This document shows, in pieces, positions 36,965 to 38,124 of a DNA stretch of 38,124 bases. The DNA is from Candidatus Heimdallarchaeota archaeon. Its GTDB lineage: Archaea > Asgardarchaeota > Heimdallarchaeia > Heimdallarchaeales > Heimdallarchaeaceae. Position 1 is the first letter of the stretch, and the number at the start of each line of letters is the position of its first letter. The stretch lies in NCBI GenBank assembly GCA_019057815.1, contig JAHLWR010000030.1:1-38124 (forward strand), given 5' to 3'. The notes below the pieces were generated by a model. It was not told where the DNA came from and made no database searches. It worked only from the letters and a program-made list of their open reading frames with translations. The position numbers were made by a program, and so were the translations under genes.

Positions 36965-37312
36965 TTAGTGTCCACACCCATCTCCAAGATTAGCTTCTTT
37001 AATCAATCCTTTTTTGTAATTTTCTATAGTTTCTTTAACTGTTCCTTCAGCTCCAGTAAAGACTTTATATTTTAGCTGTGCACACAAGCTAATAGCGCGT
37101 GAACCTATTCCTCCGCATATTACCCCATCTGAGTGCTTCGCAAGAAATTCTGCGGGCATTCCTGTTCCACCAAAGTGATTGCTCTTATTATCAATAATTT
37201 CGATAGTATCACTTTCTTCATCCCAAATTACATAAGATGGAGCTCTTCCAAAATGAGGACAGATTACAGCATCTAATCCATCTCTAGTTTCCGTTGGTAT
37301 AGCTAATTTCAT
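36965..37312 (-). CDS. NifB/NifX-family (IssA-like) protein
   Basis: MKLAIP...HFGRAP...VICGGIG.RA; C-terminal CGH. Confidence 0.9.
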   Translation of the reverse strand: MKLAIPTETRDGLDAVICPHFGRAPSYVIWDEESDTIEIIDNKSNHFGGTGMPAEFLAKHSDGVICGGIGSRAISLCAQLKYKVFTGAEGTVKETIENYKKGLIKEANLGDGCGH

Positions 37313-37324
37313 ACTTTATCATCT

Positions 37325-37663
37325 CTAAAGTTTATCTAAACTACCACTTTTCCACATTTCAACCAGTTTTTTTATAGGTTCTTTTGATCCTTGAAAAATG
37401 GTTATTCCTGAAGTTTTAAGTGCACGATCAGCATTTGGTCCCAATTGGGGAACGATAACAGCTTTTACACCTTGTTTAATTATAAATTCAACAGCTTGTA
37501 CTCCTGCTCCACCTCTTGCTTGAGAAGCGGGATTTTTAAGAAATTCAAATGAATCTTTATCAGAATCATATAAAGCATAGTACACACTTCTACCAAATCG
37601 ATTGTCCATGGATGTATTTTCATCATCATTTTCTACTGGAATGGCTATTTTCATTTTTTTCAC
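37325..37663 (-). CDS. NifB/NifX-family protein
   Basis: MKIAIP...RFGRS...NPA....GGAG...LGPNA..AL...GI. Confidence 0.9.
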   Translation of the reverse strand: MKKMKIAIPVENDDENTSMDNRFGRSVYYALYDSDKDSFEFLKNPASQARGGAGVQAVEFIIKQGVKAVIVPQLGPNADRALKTSGITIFQGSKEPIKKLVEMWKSGSLDKL

Positions 37664-37665
37664 AC

Positions 37666-37977
37666 TTAATCCTTTATTTCTGATGGTCCCATCGCGAATT
37701 GTAATGCTTTATTGCAGCTAAAAGCTACAGCTATTTTCTTATGAGCGGAAGTAAGTTCTCTGCTGAAAGAGGATTGAGAAATACCCATTTTTTCTGCTGC
37801 TTCCTGTTGTTTTAATTGTTTATAATCTGCGTAGAAAAGAGCAGTCAATTCCTCTTTTGAAATATAAATAATTTCTAAATCATGCATAGGGATGGCGATT
37901 GGTTTGAAAAGATGTGGTGAAAATTCCTCACACTTCCTCTTTATTTTCCGTTTTTGAACCATCAAATAACCAGCCAT
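37666..37977 (-). CDS. DUF134 (UPF0251) HTH protein
   Basis: FKP.AIP...LE.I....EEL.AL...D...L.Q.EAAEKMGISQSSFSR.L.SAHKKIA. Confidence 0.9.
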   Translation of the reverse strand: MAGYLMVQKRKIKRKCEEFSPHLFKPIAIPMHDLEIIYISKEELTALFYADYKQLKQQEAAEKMGISQSSFSRELTSAHKKIAVAFSCNKALQFAMGPSEIKD

Positions 37978-38002
37978 GTTTACTTAATTAAATATATAGG
38001 TA

Positions 38003-38016
38003 TGAATAATTATTCA
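38003..38016. promoter_or_regulatory. Perfect 14-bp palindrome upstream of the DUF134 operon
   Basis: TGAATAATTATTCA, 26 nt from the start codon. Confidence 0.5.
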
Positions 38017-38124
38017 CAAATGCATTTCTTCAATTTAGATTTTGCACATAAAAAAGTTTGTAAACAGAAACAGAAATTGTTAACTCAACAGACATGGGTT
38101 ACACTTGAGGGTAAATGGAGAGTC

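Noticed and set aside
22876-37075. ORFs 22876-23151, 23191-23382, 23969-24163, 26920-27177, 29392-29628, 31520-31762, 32419-32619, 32756-32986, 33561-33743, 36869-37075
   Set aside because: Shadow ORFs; 31520-31762 simply reads the poly-T terminator region as Lys/Arg.
36965-37663. Nitrogen fixation genes
   Set aside because: NifX-like domains occur widely without nitrogenase; there is no nifHDK here, and the ATPases are COG1149-type, not NifH.

Overview
AT-rich, gene-dense archaeal DNA. It is most consistent with an Asgard archaeon (Heimdallarchaeia-like). This is an inference from three longin-like domain proteins, a TPR+longin fusion, a CTERM-type sorting signal and TATA-box/leaderless gene starts. 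The window holds mostly accessory and housekeeping genes: two HEPN-MNT pairs, two MFS transporters, an ABC-2 exporter with a divergent wHTH regulator, a CPBP protease, an FNT channel, a CoA-disulfide reductase-rhodanese fusion, malQ, an orphan N6-adenine methyltransferase, a bacterial-type RNase III, an M19 dipeptidase, a PhoU/TrkA-C protein, a lysophospholipase, and a DUF134-NifX-NifX-ATPase-ATPase cluster. I saw no rRNA, tRNA or CRISPR array. Signals not in the ORF track: (1) a solo TnpB with a rearranged RuvC-II, bracketed by imperfect 30-bp inverted repeats; (2) a 119-bp duplication of the malQ 5' end flanking a 1.5-kb islet with HEPN-MNT and a decayed ornithine cyclodeaminase-like fragment; (3) a HEAT-repeat protein ending in a canonical PIP box; (4) a tail-anchored longin and its Cys-rich paralog; (5) a membrane-fused wHTH regulator with a shared palindrome upstream of two exported proteins; (6) an apparently inactive archaemetzincin; (7) an ATPase gene that seems to start at ACG right after an ATG-TAA. 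All family calls come from motif recognition by eye; no database search was run.
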